This document shows, piece after piece, positions 63,035-64,000 of a stretch of 64,000 nt of DNA. Source of the stretch: Deltaproteobacteria bacterium. Its GTDB lineage: Bacteria; Myxococcota_A; UBA9160; SMWR01. The notes under the pieces are model-generated. The model was given only the letters and a program-made list of their open reading frames with translations, searched no databases and had not been told where the DNA came from. The stretch lies in NCBI GenBank assembly GCA_032128115.1, contig JAQBHB010000093.1:42577-106576 (forward strand), written 5' to 3'. Both the position numbers and the translations under genes were made by a program. Every line of letters starts with the position of its first letter. Position 1 is the stretch's first letter.

Positions 63035-63658
63035 ATGACGGCGGCGGCGATCGGTTACAGCATCCTGGAAAGCGAGCTGGGACATCTGTTGGTGGCGGCG
63101 ACCCGTCGCGGCGTATGCCGGGTGCGCTTCGGTCAAGGAGCCGCGCTCCTGGTGGCGGCCCTGCGCGACGAGTTCCCGTTCGCCGAGATCCACCCGGAGC
63201 CCGCGCGTCTGGAGCCCTGGGTGGCGGCCTTCCGGGCGTACCTGGAGGGGCGTGCGGCACACCTGGACGTGCCCCTGGACGTACGCGCCAGCCAGTTCCA
63301 GCGCCGCGTCTGGGATGCGCTCCAGTCGATCCCGTACGGGTGCACGCGCTCCTACTCGGAGGTGGCCCGTCAGGTGGGACAGCCCCGGGCTGCCCGCGCC
63401 GTGGCAAAGGCCTGCGGCGCCAATCCGGTGGCGCTGGCGGTGCCGTGCCACCGGGTGGTGGCCAAGGGCGGAGACGTGGGCGGCTACCACTGGGGCGTCG
63501 AGCGCAAGCGCTGGCTCCTCCGCATGGAGGCGGGCGAGGTCGCGGTCGCTCCTCCGCATGGAGGCGGGCGAGGTCGTGGCCGCACAACGACCCCTGCTTC
63601 CGCTTCGCTCGCGGGTCAATTCGGCCGCTGCAGATCGATCTCGAGGATGGCCCGCTGA
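63035..63658 (+). CDS. ogt: Methylated-DNA--protein-cysteine methyltransferase, with its C-terminal tail altered by a 34-bp tandem duplication
   Basis: FQRRVWDALQSIPYGCTRSYSEVA and the active site VPCHRVV. The ATG at 63035 is preceded by GAAGGAGG. The tail after WLLRMEAGEV is Gly/Arg-rich and arises from the out-of-frame second repeat copy. Confidence 0.85.
   Translation: MTAAAIGYSILESELGHLLVAATRRGVCRVRFGQGAALLVAALRDEFPFAEIHPEPARLEPWVAAFRAYLEGRAAHLDVPLDVRASQFQRRVWDALQSIPYGCTRSYSEVARQVGQPRAARAVAKACGANPVALAVPCHRVVAKGGDVGGYHWGVERKRWLLRMEAGEVAVAPPHGGGRGRGRTTTPASASLAGQFGRCRSISRMAR
63514..63581. repeat. 2 x 34-bp tandem duplication at the 3' end of ogt
   Basis: GCTCCTCCGCATGGAGGCGGGCGAGGTCGCGGTC (63514-63547) and GCTCCTCCGCATGGAGGCGGGCGAGGTCGTGGCC (63548-63581) are 32/34 identical. 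Confidence 0.95.
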
Positions 63659-64000
63659 TGGATGCGACCACTCAGGCGCGAAAGCGCGTTGGTGAGCCGC
63701 ATCTGCCAGCCGTATTTCCGGAGCAGGGCGTCATAGGCGGCGGCGACGCTGTCGGGATCGTCCGTCCGACGAGCCGATCCCTCGAGCCACGGGCCCTTGA
63801 TCCCGCCGCGCACGCCACAGGCGGCAACCCGCACCCTCGGGTCGTTGCGCAGTCGTTTCAACTTGCCCGCATCTTCCGCCGTGAAGACGTAGAGCCGCCC
63901 AGCGTGCGCCGCGAACCACACGGGCGTCTCGACGGCATTTCCGTTGCGCCGAAAGGTCGCCAGGCTGATGTAGGCTTCGCGGTCCAGGGCGGTCAGAGGC
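63616..64000 (-). CDS. Pyridoxamine 5'-phosphate oxidase-fold (PPOX-class, possibly F420/FMN-binding) protein, 5' end beyond the window
   Basis: Manual extension of the 101-aa ORF upstream to the window edge reads PLTALDREAYISLATFRRNGNAVETPVWFAAHAGRLYVFTAEDAGKLKRLRNDPRVRVAAC. This is the typical split-barrel PPOX N-terminal pattern. Confidence 0.65.
   Translation of the reverse strand, partial: PLTALDREAYISLATFRRNGNAVETPVWFAAHAGRLYVFTAEDAGKLKRLRNDPRVRVAACGVRGGIKGPWLEGSARRTDDPDSVAAAYDALLRKYGWQMRLTNALSRLSGRIHQRAILEIDLQRPN

Noticed and set aside
1-64000. tRNA, rRNA, tmRNA, RNase P or riboswitch genes
   Set aside because: Only a handful of intergenic gaps exceed about 100 nt (6292-6430, 20360-20666, 38576-38711, 41619-41780, 49839-49981, 54134-54234, 59004-59146, 62899-63034), plus the divergent 3166-3272 spacer. 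Those inspected by eye (6292-6430, 20360-20666, 38576-38711, 41619-41780, 62899-63034) showed no cloverleaf-like T-arm (GTTCRANYC) or conserved riboswitch cores. The other gaps were not examined for this, and a covariance-model scan was not possible here.

Overview
High-GC (about 70% by eye) chromosomal segment from a Gram-negative bacterium; lptD, lapA/lapB, ihfB and amiC indicate an outer membrane. All calls come from by-eye motif recognition on the ORF-track translations, and no searches were run. Gene density is high, with many 1-8 nt or 4-nt (ATGA/GTGA) overlaps.

Positions 1-38.6 kb are mostly housekeeping. They hold queG, dcd, ccdA/tlpA and lptD, and a complete translationally coupled trpEGDCFBA operon. 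They also hold coaE, a sensor diguanylate cyclase and pheA-hisC-tyrA-rpsA-ihfB-lapA-lapB-mutS-amiC-glnD-xerD-cca-scpAB-rluB.

Positions 38.7-61.5 kb look accessory and envelope-related. They hold an orphan secreted protein, a lipoprotein with seven DxDxDG-type repeats in an operon with a CAP-domain protein, and a DUF368 (undecaprenyl-phosphate translocase family) gene. They also hold SRAP, a DUF3311 plus sodium:solute symporter pair, and an SDR.

The most unusual feature is a roughly 15 kb locus (46.2-61.5 kb) carrying six GT-C-type integral-membrane glycosyltransferase genes. One is TMTC-like (DUF1736+TPR) and one is a divergent STT3/AglB-like enzyme with PWPIG in place of WWDYG. The locus also encodes a sulfatase-fold lipoprotein with Thr in the nucleophile position, an SPFH lipoprotein, a small membrane protein and a kinase-like/SAM-methyltransferase fusion.

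Other items to re-examine:
- An unannotated 42-aa ORF with a PqqA-like E-x3-Y core and two acidic YAP motifs, packed between a sulfotransferase and a DUF502 gene (634-762).
- An apparent +1 frameshift in a C5 run at the 3' end of rluB.
- A 34-bp tandem duplication that rewrites the ogt C-terminus.
- Several 11-21 bp tandem repeats sitting right after stop codons.

No rRNA, tRNA, CRISPR array, transposase or prophage gene was seen. The many long Arg/Pro/Gly-rich ORFs antisense to real genes are high-GC shadow ORFs.
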